A DNA stretch of 64,000 nucleotides from Polyangiales bacterium. Lineage in GTDB: Bacteria > Myxococcota_A > Polyangia > Polyangiales > Ga0077539. Under the pieces are notes generated by a model, which searched no databases, was not told where the DNA came from, and saw only the letters and a program-made list of their open reading frames with translations. The stretch covers positions 20,163 through 84,162 of the forward strand of contig JAXLYG010000005.1 in NCBI GenBank assembly GCA_046351535.1, in the 5' to 3' direction. Within the stretch, counting starts at the first letter, position 1. Each line of letters starts with the position of its first letter. Below are positions 26,467-36,075 of this stretch, piece by piece. The translations under genes were made by a program, and so were the position numbers.

Positions 26467-27732
26467 TTATCCGCACATCGAGGTCTGCCGCGAGTCGACG
26501 GGGCCCAGACACGCCTTGCGCACCATCGCCAGCGCCACGTACGACGCCTGCCGCTGGATGGCCGTGCGGTCGCCCACGAAGCGCCGCTCGCACACCTCGG
26601 TGCCGCGCGCCGACGAGAGGGCGAAGTACACCGTCCCCACGGGCTTCTCGGGGCTCCCGCCGCTCGGGCCCGCGATGCCGCTCACGGCCACCGCGAGGTC
26701 TGCGCCCGAGATGCGCCGCGCGCCGTCGGCCATCGCGCGCACGCACTCCGACGAGACCGCGCCGTGCCCGAGCAGCACCTCGCCCGGCACGCGCAGCACG
26801 CGCTCCTTGGCGACGTTGGCGTAGACCACCGCGTCGAGGAGGAGGTAATCGCTCGACCCGGGCACCGCCGTGAGCATCGCGCCGATGAGCCCGCCCGTGC
26901 AGCTCTCGGCGACCGCCAGCGTGTAGCTCCTGCTGCGGAGCGCGCGGCCCACGGCGCTCGCGTAGAGGTCGTCGTCGCCGCCGAAGACCGCGTCGCCGAG
27001 GCGCGTCCTCGCGTCGGCCGCGGCGCGCTCGGCGAGGGCCCTGGCGCCGCCCATGTCCTCGCCGCGCGCGAGGATCTTCACGTCGACCTCCGGGGGCCGC
27101 ACCCGATACGCCATGGTGACCCCGGGAAAGGCCGCCTCGACGCCCGCGAGCTTCTCGCCCACGACGCTCTCTCCGAGACCGTAGGTGCGCAGCACGATCT
27201 GGTACGTGCGAGGCGTCGCGAGCGCGCCGATGCGACGCACCACGCAGGCATCGAAGATGCGCTCCATCTCCGCGGGGACGCCGGGCATGAAGAAGCAGTC
27301 GGCCTCGCGGATGCGCATGCGAAACGCCGGGGCCATGCCCGCGGGGTTGCCCAGCACCTCGGCCCCTTCGGGCACCTCGGTCTGCCGCTCGGCCAGGGCC
27401 GTGAGGGGCTTTCCGAGGGTCTGAAAGCGGCGCTTGAGGGCCTCGAGCGCGGCCTCGTCGCGCACCACGCCGACGCCTGCCACCGAGGCCGCCGCGGCCA
27501 CCGTCACGTCGTCGCTCGTGGGACCGAGGCCGCCCGTGACGAGCACCACCTGGCGCGTCGCGCCGAGGCGCTCGAGGACGTCACGGATGCTCTCCGCGCG
27601 GTCCTCGACGCAGGCCGATCCGCACACCTCGAAGCCGAGCGCGGTGAGGCGCTGCGCGAGCCACGGAGCGTTGGTGTCGACGATCTCCCCTCGGGTGAGC
27701 TCGCTGCCGATCGAAAGGATCGAGGCTTTCAT
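26467..27732 (-). CDS. cinA: CinA-family protein (MoCF-binding domain plus nicotinamide-nucleotide amidase domain)
   Basis: 421 aa. The N-terminus MKASILSIGSELTRGEIVDTNAPWLA is typical of CinA. The cinA-thpR-recA order is a common conserved arrangement. Confidence 0.9.
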   Translation of the reverse strand: MKASILSIGSELTRGEIVDTNAPWLAQRLTALGFEVCGSACVEDRAESIRDVLERLGATRQVVLVTGGLGPTSDDVTVAAAASVAGVGVVRDEAALEALKRRFQTLGKPLTALAERQTEVPEGAEVLGNPAGMAPAFRMRIREADCFFMPGVPAEMERIFDACVVRRIGALATPRTYQIVLRTYGLGESVVGEKLAGVEAAFPGVTMAYRVRPPEVDVKILARGEDMGGARALAERAAADARTRLGDAVFGGDDDLYASAVGRALRSRSYTLAVAESCTGGLIGAMLTAVPGSSDYLLLDAVVYANVAKERVLRVPGEVLLGHGAVSSECVRAMADGARRISGADLAVAVSGIAGPSGGSPEKPVGTVYFALSSARGTEVCERRFVGDRTAIQRQASYVALAMVRKACLGPVDSRQTSMCG

Positions 27733-27867
27733 GGTCGGACCGGCGACCGTACGAACGAGCGCGCCCCGCGGTCAAGCACTCCCGAGGCCTCTCTGACGCG
27801 TCGAGCGTGGAATGTCGTGCGGCCCCTTCGAAGCCCTGTGTTAGCGTCGCGAGACGGCTTTTCAGCG

Positions 27868-28620
27868 ATGCCCTCCCCCGACGCGCCGACGCTGGACTAC
27901 GACCCCAGGAGCCTCGAGGCGCTGAGCGGCCTCGCGCGGTACCACGCGTGGATCCGCGAGGCCTTCGGCGAGGTGCTCCGCGGCCGCGTGGCCGAGGTCG
28001 GCGCGGGCACCGGGAACTTCAGCGAGACCTGGGTCGACGGGGCCACCGAGGCGACGCTCGTCGAGCCCGCGCCGCAGCTCCATACGATCCTCGCGAAACG
28101 CTTTGAAAATAGGGCTCACGTGAGGGTCGTGGGGGCCACGCTCGAAGGCGCCATCGAGTCCGGCGCGATCGCGCGGGAGAGCCTCGACGCGCTCGTCATG
28201 GTCAACGTGCTCGAGCACGTCGCCGACGACCTCGGGGAGCTTCAACGCGTGCGCTCGACGCTGCGTCCGGGTGGCGCGGTGGCGCTGTTCGTCCCGGCGA
28301 TCCAGGCGATCTACGGCTCCCTCGACGCGCTCGTGGGGCATCACCGACGCTACGGGCGCGAGGGCCTCGCCGCGGTGGTGCGCGACGCGGGCTTCGTCGT
28401 CGAGGAGCTCAAATGGTTCGACGTGGCGGGCGTGGTGCCCTGGTGGATCGTCGGAAAGGTGCTGCGCGCGAAGTCCTTCGGCGGCCCGCTCGGGCCGATC
28501 TATGACCGCGTCGTGGTGCCGGTGATGTCCCGCGTCGAGCGCGCGGTGACGCCGCCTCTCGGAAAGAACCTCCTGTGCGTCGCGCGGGCTCCGGCCTCGC
28601 GCGGCGCCACCAAGACATGA
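27868..28620 (+). CDS. Class I SAM-dependent methyltransferase
   Basis: ATG at 27868, 250 aa. Motif [13 protein letters not shown] and motif post-[15 protein letters not shown]. Confidence 0.8.
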   Translation: MPSPDAPTLDYDPRSLEALSGLARYHAWIREAFGEVLRGRVAEVGAGTGNFSETWVDGATEATLVEPAPQLHTILAKRFENRAHVRVVGATLEGAIESGAIARESLDALVMVNVLEHVADDLGELQRVRSTLRPGGAVALFVPAIQAIYGSLDALVGHHRRYGREGLAAVVRDAGFVVEELKWFDVAGVVPWWIVGKVLRAKSFGGPLGPIYDRVVVPVMSRVERAVTPPLGKNLLCVARAPASRGATKT

Positions 28621-28634
28621 CAGAGGGAAGCGCG

Positions 28635-29327
28635 ATGAAGCTGTCGGTGGTGATGCCCTGCTTCAACGAGCGGGCGACGGTGCGCGAGATCGTCGGGCGC
28701 GTGCTCGTTCAGCCCTACGACATCGAGCTCATCATCGTCGATGACGGGAGCACCGACGGCACGCGCGAGATCCTCGCCGAGCTCGCCGCGGGAGACCCCC
28801 GCGTGAAGCCCTACCTCCAGCCGCAGAACCGCGGCAAGGGGGCGGCGCTGCACCGCGGCTTCGCCGAGGCCACGGGCGACCTGGTGCTCATTCAAGACGC
28901 CGACCTCGAGTACGACCCCGACGACTACGCCGAGCTCCTCAAGCCCATCTTCGACGGCAAGGCCGACGTGGTCTACGGCTCGCGCTTCCTCCACGGGCCG
29001 AGGCGCGTGCTCTATTACTGGCACTCCATCGCGAACCACGCGCTCACCACGATGAGCAACGTGGTGAGCAACCTCAACCTCACCGACATGGAGACCTGTT
29101 ACAAGGTCTTCCGCCGCGAGGTCCTCTCGCAGATCAACCTTCAAGAAGAGCGCTTCGGCTTCGAGCCCGAGGTGACCGTGAAGGTCTCTCGCATCCCCGG
29201 CGTGCGCATCTGGGAGGTGCCCATCTCGTACAACGGCCGCACCTACGCCGAGGGCAAGAAGATCGGCCTCAAGGACGCCGTGCGCGCCGTGTGGGTGCTC
29301 GCGCGTCACAGCGTCCCGAGGCTCTGA
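28635..29327 (+). CDS. Family 2 glycosyltransferase (Dpm1/polyprenol-phosphate sugar transferase-like)
   Basis: Motifs [40 protein letters not shown] lies 4 nt upstream of the ATG at 28635. An alternative ATG at 28617 would overlap the methyltransferase stop (ATGA). Confidence 0.85.
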   Translation: MKLSVVMPCFNERATVREIVGRVLVQPYDIELIIVDDGSTDGTREILAELAAGDPRVKPYLQPQNRGKGAALHRGFAEATGDLVLIQDADLEYDPDDYAELLKPIFDGKADVVYGSRFLHGPRRVLYYWHSIANHALTTMSNVVSNLNLTDMETCYKVFRREVLSQINLQEERFGFEPEVTVKVSRIPGVRIWEVPISYNGRTYAEGKKIGLKDAVRAVWVLARHSVPRL

Positions 29328-29334
29328 GCGGTCG

Positions 29335-31635
29335 CTACTTCTTCAAGAGCCGCTCGAACGCGTTGTTCTTGAACTGCGCCTGCGGTGCGGGCTTCGGCGG
29401 TTGTTGAGGTCCGCGGTTGCCGCGGCGGTCGTCGCGCTGCGAGGGCTGCTGCGGCTGCGGTCGACCCGAGGCGCCCGCGACGTTGCCCGTGGCGCCGCCG
29501 CCCGACTTCGCCGTGAGGCTGATGCGCTTGCGCGCGAGGTCGACCTCGAGCACGCGGACCTTGATGCGATCGCCCGGCCGCACGACCTCGGCGGGGTCTT
29601 TCACGAAGCGGTCTGCGAGCTGCGAGACGTGCACGAGGCCGTCTTGATGGACCCCGATGTCGACGAAGGCCCCGAAGGCCGTGACGTTGGTCACCACGCC
29701 TTCGAGCTGCATCCCGGGCTTGAGGTCCTCCATCGAGCGCACGTCGTCGCGGAACTTCGGCGCTTCGAACTCGGCGCGGGGGTCCGCCGCGGGGCGCTTG
29801 AGCTCCTCGACGATGTCGCGCAGGGTGAACTCTCCGACGTCGCCCTGGACGTACTTCTGCCACTGCACCCGCGACGCGAGCGAGGCGTTGCCCACGAGGG
29901 TCGCCAGCTCGACGCCGAGGTCCTTCGCGATGTGCTCGACGACGGCGTACCGCTCGGGGTGCACGGCGGACCTGTCGAGGGGGTGCTCGCCGTCACGGAT
30001 GCGAAGGAATCCCGCGGCCTGTTCGAAGGTCTTGGGCCCGAGGCCCGACACGTCGAGCACCTGCCTGCGCGAGCGGAAGGGGCCGTTGGCGTCGCGGTGC
30101 TGCACGATGCGCTTCGCGAGCGTGGGGCCGATGCCCGCGACGTATCCGAGCAGCGACGCGCTCGCGGTGTTGAGCTCGACGCCCACGGAGTTCACGCAGC
30201 TCTCGACCACCTCGTCGAGCTTCTTGGCGAGGAGCGGCTGAAACACGTCGTGCTGGTACTGCCCCACGCCGATGGACTTGGGGTCGACCTTCACCAGCTC
30301 GGCCAGCGGGTCTTGAAGCCTCCGCGCGATCGAGATGGCCCCGCGCACCGTGAGGTCGAGGTCGGGGAACTCCTCGCGCGCCACCTCCGACGCCGAGTAC
30401 ACGCTCGCGCCCGCCTCGTTGACCATCACCGTGAGCACGGCGCTGTCTTTACCGAGCGCCTCGCGCACGAAGGCCTCGGTCTCGCGCCCGTGCGTGCCGT
30501 TGCCGACGGCCACGGCCGAGGGCTTGTAGCGCTCGACGAGCTTCTGAAGCGTCTGACGGCTGCGCTCGAGGGCGCCGTCGCCCTGCACGAGCATCAGCAC
30601 CGTGTGTTCGAGCATGCGCCCCGTGGCGTCGACGACGGCGAGCTTGCAGCCCGTGCGCTGCCCCGGGTCGATGCCGATGACGGGCTTTCCGCCGAGCGGC
30701 GCGGCGAGGAGCAGCGCGCGGAGGTTCTGCGCGAAGACGTCGACGGCGTCGCGGTCTGCGTGGAGCTTCATCTCGACGCGCACCTCGCTCTCGACGGAGG
30801 GGGCGAGGAGGCGCTTCCACGCGTCGCTGATGGCCGCGTCGAGCTCGTGGGCCCACGGCGATGAAGACCTGCGGCCCGCCATCGCGGCGACCTCGCGGAG
30901 CGCGTTCTCGACGTCGACCTCGACCTCGGCGCGGAGCACGTTCTCGGCCTCTCCGCGGCGCACGGCGAGGTAGCGGTGCGAGGGGATCTGCGCGCAGCCC
31001 TCGCGGAAGTCGTAGTACATCTCGAACTTGGTGGGGCCGCTCACCTCGGGGGCCTTCGTCACCACGAGCGTCCCCTGCTTGAGGAAGAGCTCGCGCGCGT
31101 AGCCGCGCACCTCGGCGCGCTCGGCCACGGCCTCGGCGACGATGTCACGCGCGCCCTGGAGCGCTTCTTTGATCGTGGCGACGCCCTTGTCGACGCTCAC
31201 GAACGCGTTGGCCTCCGCGGTGGGATCGCCGTCGAGGGGTTGCGCGAGGATGCGCTGCGCGAGGGGGTCGAGGCCCTTCTCGCGGGCGATCATGGCGCGC
31301 GTGCGGCGCTTGGGCTTGTAGGGCAGGTAGATGTCTTCGAGGTCGCTCTTGACGAGGCACTGCTCGATCTTCGCGCGGAGCTCGGGGGTGAGCTTGCCCT
31401 GCTTTTCGATCTCTTCGAGGATGGTCTTCTTGCGCTCCTCGAGCTCGCGGAGGTAGCCGTGGCGCTCCTCGATGGCGCGGATCTGCACCTCGTCGAGGCC
31501 GCCGGTGGCCTCCTTGCGGTAGCGCGCGATGAAGGGGACCGTCGCGCCGCCCGTGAGGAGCTCGACGACGGCGCGCACGCCGTGGCCGGGGATCGAGAGT
31601 TCCTGTGCGATGACTGCGTTGAGGTCGAGGGACAT
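29335..31635 (-). CDS. tex: Tex-family transcription accessory protein (S1 RNA-binding)
   Basis: 766 aa. The N-terminus ..VPFIARYRKEATGGLDEVQIR is typical of Tex. A C-terminal S1 domain (GVVTNVTAFGAFVDIGVHQDGLVHVSQL) is present. Confidence 0.9.
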   Translation of the reverse strand: MSLDLNAVIAQELSIPGHGVRAVVELLTGGATVPFIARYRKEATGGLDEVQIRAIEERHGYLRELEERKKTILEEIEKQGKLTPELRAKIEQCLVKSDLEDIYLPYKPKRRTRAMIAREKGLDPLAQRILAQPLDGDPTAEANAFVSVDKGVATIKEALQGARDIVAEAVAERAEVRGYARELFLKQGTLVVTKAPEVSGPTKFEMYYDFREGCAQIPSHRYLAVRRGEAENVLRAEVEVDVENALREVAAMAGRRSSSPWAHELDAAISDAWKRLLAPSVESEVRVEMKLHADRDAVDVFAQNLRALLLAAPLGGKPVIGIDPGQRTGCKLAVVDATGRMLEHTVLMLVQGDGALERSRQTLQKLVERYKPSAVAVGNGTHGRETEAFVREALGKDSAVLTVMVNEAGASVYSASEVAREEFPDLDLTVRGAISIARRLQDPLAELVKVDPKSIGVGQYQHDVFQPLLAKKLDEVVESCVNSVGVELNTASASLLGYVAGIGPTLAKRIVQHRDANGPFRSRRQVLDVSGLGPKTFEQAAGFLRIRDGEHPLDRSAVHPERYAVVEHIAKDLGVELATLVGNASLASRVQWQKYVQGDVGEFTLRDIVEELKRPAADPRAEFEAPKFRDDVRSMEDLKPGMQLEGVVTNVTAFGAFVDIGVHQDGLVHVSQLADRFVKDPAEVVRPGDRIKVRVLEVDLARKRISLTAKSGGGATGNVAGASGRPQPQQPSQRDDRRGNRGPQQPPKPAPQAQFKNNAFERLLKK

Positions 31636-31831
31636 TGCGCGTGCGAGCTCCGTCGTTCGAGGGGCGGTAACGGTCCGAAGGGGGGGCGGAACCTATAGAG
31701 AACTCACCCCGTGCTGTGCAACCGCCGTCGTCGCCCCCGGGACGTAGCCTGACGCCCATCGTTTGATTGCCCGCGCGGAGATCGCCCGTGGCATCGTCGC
31801 GCCCGTGAGTTCCACGGCCTCGCACCGCGAC

Positions 31832-33178
31832 ATGGCGCTGCTCTACGTCGACGACGAGCCGATGAACCTCGAGCTCTTCAGGCTCAACTTCAGCGACGAC
31901 TTCAAGGTGCTCACCGCGAACGGCGGCAAGGAGGCCCTCGCGGTGCTCGAGCGCGAAGACGTGGGGCTGCTCCTCTCCGACGAGCGCATGCCCGACCTGT
32001 CGGGCGCCGAGCTCCTCGCGCGCGTGTCGGAGCGCTGGCCCGACGTGATGCGCGTGATCGTGTCGGCCTACAGCGACTCGGCGCGGCTGCTCCGCGCGAT
32101 GAACCTCGGCCACGCCCACGAGTACGTGCTCAAGCCCTGGGACCGCGACGAGCTCGCGGGCTGCATCGACCGCGCCCTCGCGATGGCCGCGCGGCGCAGG
32201 CAGCTCCAGCGCCGCGCCTCGATGGCCGACGCCCTCGCAGAAGACCTCCGCGCGCCCGCCGCGCCCGACGGGATCGTCGGGAGTTCTCCGTCGTTCAGGG
32301 CCGTGCTCGCCTCCGCGCGCAGGGCCGCCGCGAGCGACGCCACGGTGCTCCTCCGCGGCGAGACGGGCACGGGCAAGGAGCTCGTGGCGAGGCTCGTCCA
32401 CGAGTCGAGCGGTCGCGCGTCGGGGCCCTTCATCCGCGTGAACTGCGCGTCGCTCGCGGAGGGCGTGCTCCAGAGCGAGCTCTTCGGCCACGAGCAGGGG
32501 GCCTTCACGGGCGCCGTGAAGACGCGCCGCGGGCGCTTCGAACTGGCCCACGGGGGGACGATCTTCCTCGACGAGATCGGCGACATCCCCGCGCTCACGC
32601 AGGTGAGCCTCCTGCGCGTGTTGCAGGAGCGCGAGGTCGAGCGCGTGGGCGGGAGCCGCCCCGTGAGCGTCGACGTGCGCGTCGTGGCCGCGACGCACCG
32701 CGACCTCGAGAAGATGGTCGCCGAGGGGCAGTTTCGCGCGGACCTCTTCTACCGCCTCAACGTCGTCCCGCTGCGCCTCCCGCCGCTCCGGGAGCGGCCC
32801 GATGACGTTCCCGCGCTCGTGGAGTCGTTCGTCGCGCGTCACGCGAAGCGCGCGGGGCGCGACACCCCGAGGGTCACCGCCGACGCGATGGAGGCCCTCT
32901 CGCGCTACTCGTGGCCCGGCAACGTGCGCGAGCTCGAGAACGCCGTCGAGCGCGCCCTCGTGCTCTCGCAGGGCCCCGAGCTCACGCTCGAAGACTTCTC
33001 GTTCGACCTCGGCGCGCGCTTCGTCGACTCGGCCCGCGAGCAGGCGCAGCAGTCCGAGGCCTCGGAGCTGCGCGCGCTGCTCCTCGCCCACGGCGGCAAC
33101 GTCGCCCGCGCCGCGCGGGAGCTCAACATCGCGCGCACCACGCTCATCAGCCGCGCGAAGAAGCACGGGCTGCTGTGA
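31832..33178 (+). CDS. Sigma-54-dependent response regulator (NtrC family: REC-AAA+-HTH)
   Basis: ATG at 31832 (MALLYVDDEP). REC domain with LLLSDERMPD, Walker A GETGTGKE, the GAFTGA loop, and a C-terminal Fis-type HTH NVARAARELNIARTTLISRAKKHGL. Confidence 0.9.
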   Translation: MALLYVDDEPMNLELFRLNFSDDFKVLTANGGKEALAVLEREDVGLLLSDERMPDLSGAELLARVSERWPDVMRVIVSAYSDSARLLRAMNLGHAHEYVLKPWDRDELAGCIDRALAMAARRRQLQRRASMADALAEDLRAPAAPDGIVGSSPSFRAVLASARRAAASDATVLLRGETGTGKELVARLVHESSGRASGPFIRVNCASLAEGVLQSELFGHEQGAFTGAVKTRRGRFELAHGGTIFLDEIGDIPALTQVSLLRVLQEREVERVGGSRPVSVDVRVVAATHRDLEKMVAEGQFRADLFYRLNVVPLRLPPLRERPDDVPALVESFVARHAKRAGRDTPRVTADAMEALSRYSWPGNVRELENAVERALVLSQGPELTLEDFSFDLGARFVDSAREQAQQSEASELRALLLAHGGNVARAARELNIARTTLISRAKKHGLL

Positions 33179-35220
33179 GCCTCCGCGGGGCGGCCCTCGC
33201 CCTCGCCCTCGCGGTCGCGCCCTCGCTCGTCGGCGCCGATCCCCTCGCGCTCTCGGACAACACCGCGGGCGCAGCCCTCGCGCCGCACTGCGAGCTCCTC
33301 CGCGACCCGCGCGGAACGCTCGACGCGCGCGCCGTGCTCGCGCACCGGGGCGCCGTTCCGGTGCGCGGCGACGGCGTCGAGATCGGCTTCACGGGTGACA
33401 CGGTCTGGCTCCGCTGCCGCGTGCGAAACCGCGGGCGCGCGCGGGGCGAGTGGCTCGTCGACGTGGGGGGCCAGCTCGACCGCGTCGACGTGATCACCGA
33501 GCGCGACGGTGCGCTGCGCGTCGAGCGCGGAGGCCGGCTGCGCCCCCGCGTCGACGTCGAGGTGTCGTACACGTCGTTCGTGTCGCGCGCGCTCGTCGAC
33601 GGCGGCGCCGAGGCGCCGGTCTTGATCCGCGTGCGCAGCGACGCGCCGGTGGTGCTCCGGCCGCGCGTGTGGAGCGCCCACGCCTTCGTCGACCACGCGC
33701 TGCGCGAGGTCTTCGTGATGGGGCTCTTCTACGGGCTCCTGCTCGTGGTGCTGGCCTACAACGTGAGCCTCTACGCCTCGACGCGGCAGCGCATCTACCG
33801 CCTCTACACGGCCTTCGTGGGGACCCTGCTGCTCTTCGCGCTCGTGGTCGACCAGCTCGTGGTGACCTTCGTCACGCCGCGCGACGCCGCGTGGCAGGCG
33901 ACGTCGGGCGTGCGCTTCGGGACCCTCGCGGCGCTCGCGTCCATCGCGTTCACGCGCGCGTACCTCGACACGCCGCGGCTGCTCCCTCGCGCCGACCGCG
34001 CGGCGGGCGCCGTCGACGCGGCGCTCGTGGCGCTCTTCGCGTCGACGTTCGCGTCGAACTCGGTGCTCTTCAAGAAGGCCGCGATGGCCGTGTCGGCGCC
34101 GGCCCTCGTCGCGCTCTTCGTCGCGGCGATCCTCTGCTGGCGAAAGGGGAGCCGCGAGGCGCCGTGGTTCCTCCTCGGGTGGACGGTGTCGACGGGGGGC
34201 TTCCTCGTGCGGGGCGCGGTGCAGGTGGGCGCCGTGCCGATGAGCACGGTCACCGAGAACGCGTGGCGCGCGGGGCTGATCTTCAACGTGGCGCTCCTCT
34301 CGCTCGGCCTCGCGGCCCGCGTGCGCGCCCTCCACGACGAGAAGGAGCGCGCGCAGTCGGACCTCCTCGCGGACCGCGAGGCCATGACCGCGCGCCTCGA
34401 GTCGCTCGTGGCCGTGCGCACCCGCGAGCTCGAGGCCGCGATGCGAGACCTCACCGAGGCGCAGCGCGCGATGTCGCACCAGAAGCGCGCGGCCTCGCTC
34501 GGGCAGCTCGCCGCCGCGCTCGCGCACGAGGTCGCCAACCCGCTGAACTTCACCGCGGGCGGCGCCGCCGAGCTGGCGCGGCGCGTCGAGGCGCTCAAGG
34601 TCGCCCTCGAAGGGCTCGACGCGAGGCACCCCGACGACCCCGACCTCGGCAGGGCCCGCATCGCCCTCGCGGGCGCGCGCAAATCGCTGGAGCTCGTGCA
34701 GGGCGGCAACGCGCGCATCCGGTCGGTGGTCGACAGCCTCCGCGCGTACATGCGCTCGGGGGCCGCGGAGCCCGAGGCCGTCGACGTGATGGAGGCCGTG
34801 CGCTCGACGCTGCGGCTCATGGAGTCGAAGCTCGCCGCGCAGCGCGTCGAGGTGACGGTGACGGGCGACGACCTCCCGCGCGTGCGGGGGCGCACGGGCG
34901 AGCTCTGTCAGGTGTTCATGAACCTCATGCTCAACGCCGCGCAGGCGATGCCCGACGGGGGCGCGATCACGGTCACGGGCGTCGCGTCGGGCGCGCGCGT
35001 CGAGGTGGTGATCGCAGACACGGGGCCGGGGATTCCCCCCGAGCGGAGGAGCGCGGTGTTCGATCCGTTCTTCACGACGCGGGGCGACGAGGGAGGGACG
35101 GGGCTCGGGCTCTCGATCAGCCACGAGATCGTGCGGCGCCTCGGGGGTGAGCTCAGCCTCGCGGAGAGCGAGGTGGGCGCGACCTTCGTGGTGAGGCTCC
35201 AGCCGTGGGAGGAGGCGTGA
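33175..35220 (+). CDS. Sensor histidine kinase with periplasmic domain plus 7 TM helices (7TMR-DISM-like)
   Basis: GTG at 33175 overlaps the regulator stop (GTGA). A signal peptide is followed by a ~170-aa extracytoplasmic domain and seven hydrophobic helices. The H-box is LAHEVANPLN, the N box is NLMLNAAQAM, and the G boxes are DTGPGIP and GTGLGLS. Confidence 0.85.
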   Translation: MSLRGAALALALAVAPSLVGADPLALSDNTAGAALAPHCELLRDPRGTLDARAVLAHRGAVPVRGDGVEIGFTGDTVWLRCRVRNRGRARGEWLVDVGGQLDRVDVITERDGALRVERGGRLRPRVDVEVSYTSFVSRALVDGGAEAPVLIRVRSDAPVVLRPRVWSAHAFVDHALREVFVMGLFYGLLLVVLAYNVSLYASTRQRIYRLYTAFVGTLLLFALVVDQLVVTFVTPRDAAWQATSGVRFGTLAALASIAFTRAYLDTPRLLPRADRAAGAVDAALVALFASTFASNSVLFKKAAMAVSAPALVALFVAAILCWRKGSREAPWFLLGWTVSTGGFLVRGAVQVGAVPMSTVTENAWRAGLIFNVALLSLGLAARVRALHDEKERAQSDLLADREAMTARLESLVAVRTRELEAAMRDLTEAQRAMSHQKRAASLGQLAAALAHEVANPLNFTAGGAAELARRVEALKVALEGLDARHPDDPDLGRARIALAGARKSLELVQGGNARIRSVVDSLRAYMRSGAAEPEAVDVMEAVRSTLRLMESKLAAQRVEVTVTGDDLPRVRGRTGELCQVFMNLMLNAAQAMPDGGAITVTGVASGARVEVVIADTGPGIPPERRSAVFDPFFTTRGDEGGTGLGLSISHEIVRRLGGELSLAESEVGATFVVRLQPWEEA

Positions 35221-35221
35221 G

Positions 35222-35830
35222 CTACGCGCCGACGGCGATGCGCTCGCGGGGGGCGCTCTTCATCGGAGGCGCGGCGTTGTCGTTGGTGGCGTCTTCGAGG
35301 CGCAGCGAGATCCCGCTGGCCGACGAGGGGCGGGGCGGACGGCTCGCGCGGGCGTCGCGGTCGAGGCGCGTGGAGAGGGACTCGGTGGCCTCGTCGAGCG
35401 CCGCGAGGGCGTCTTCGATGCCCACGAGCGCGGCGTCGAAGCAGAGCGGGCGCTGCCTCGCGAGGCACACCATCACCCTGCCGTACGAGACCTTGCGGCG
35501 CGGCGAGCGCTCCGACGCGTGCGCGTCACGGAGCAGCGCCCTGCGCGCGCGGGCCGCCGACGACGACACGGCGGGCTCCTCGTCGAGCGACGCGGCGGCG
35601 ATGAGGGCCTCGATGCGGTCGTGGGCGCGGCTCCACGCGGCGCTGAGCTCGTCGGCCGTGGGGCCTTCGCCGATGAGCGTCGTCACGGGCCAGCGCACCT
35701 CGCATTGAACCACCCGACGGCCGCGCGCCTCGTCGAGGGGAACGCCCGTCCACGCCGCGGGCGTCGAGGCGGTCTCGGCGACGGTGTTGCTCTTCAGCGA
35801 GGCGAGCGAGAGGTCGAAGGCGATCAACAT
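35222..35830 (-). CDS. Hypothetical protein
   Basis: 202 aa with an ATG start. GC3 is very high across the frame. No recognisable domain. Confidence 0.6.
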   Translation of the reverse strand: MLIAFDLSLASLKSNTVAETASTPAAWTGVPLDEARGRRVVQCEVRWPVTTLIGEGPTADELSAAWSRAHDRIEALIAAASLDEEPAVSSSAARARRALLRDAHASERSPRRKVSYGRVMVCLARQRPLCFDAALVGIEDALAALDEATESLSTRLDRDARASRPPRPSSASGISLRLEDATNDNAAPPMKSAPRERIAVGA

Positions 35831-35892
35831 AGAGATACGTGCTCCGGTTCAGCGCCCCCGGTTTCGTCAACCGTGTGGCGCGACGCTCCTTA

Positions 35893-35908
35893 TGCGGAAC
35901 ACGTGCCG
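35893..35908 (-). promoter_or_regulatory. Weak candidate sigma-54 (-24/-12) promoter upstream of the hypothetical gene 35222..35830
   Basis: The minus strand reads cGGCACGtgttccGCA. GG and GC are at the correct 10-nt spacing and GGCACG is exact, but the T of TGG and the TT of TTGC are missing. It lies ~62 nt upstream of the ATG and close to the bEBP/kinase pair. Confidence 0.2.
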
Positions 35909-36034
35909 TGCCGAGGACGAACGCGATGCCCCGTGAAGTGCGTAGAAATCTCGAAGAAGCGGAGAAAACGGGGTGAGTTGAGTCATGAATTTGACGCCCC
36001 CCCTGTGACGCATGACGGTTTCATGACACCGCGT

Positions 36035-36048
36035 CGGCAGCGCTGCCG
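36035..36048. promoter_or_regulatory. Perfect 14-bp palindrome CGGCAGCGCTGCCG upstream of glnD
   Basis: Read directly from the sequence, 28 nt upstream of the glnD ATG. Function unknown. Confidence 0.25.
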
Positions 36049-36075
36049 CAGCCCACGCCGGGAGCCACCCAACCG

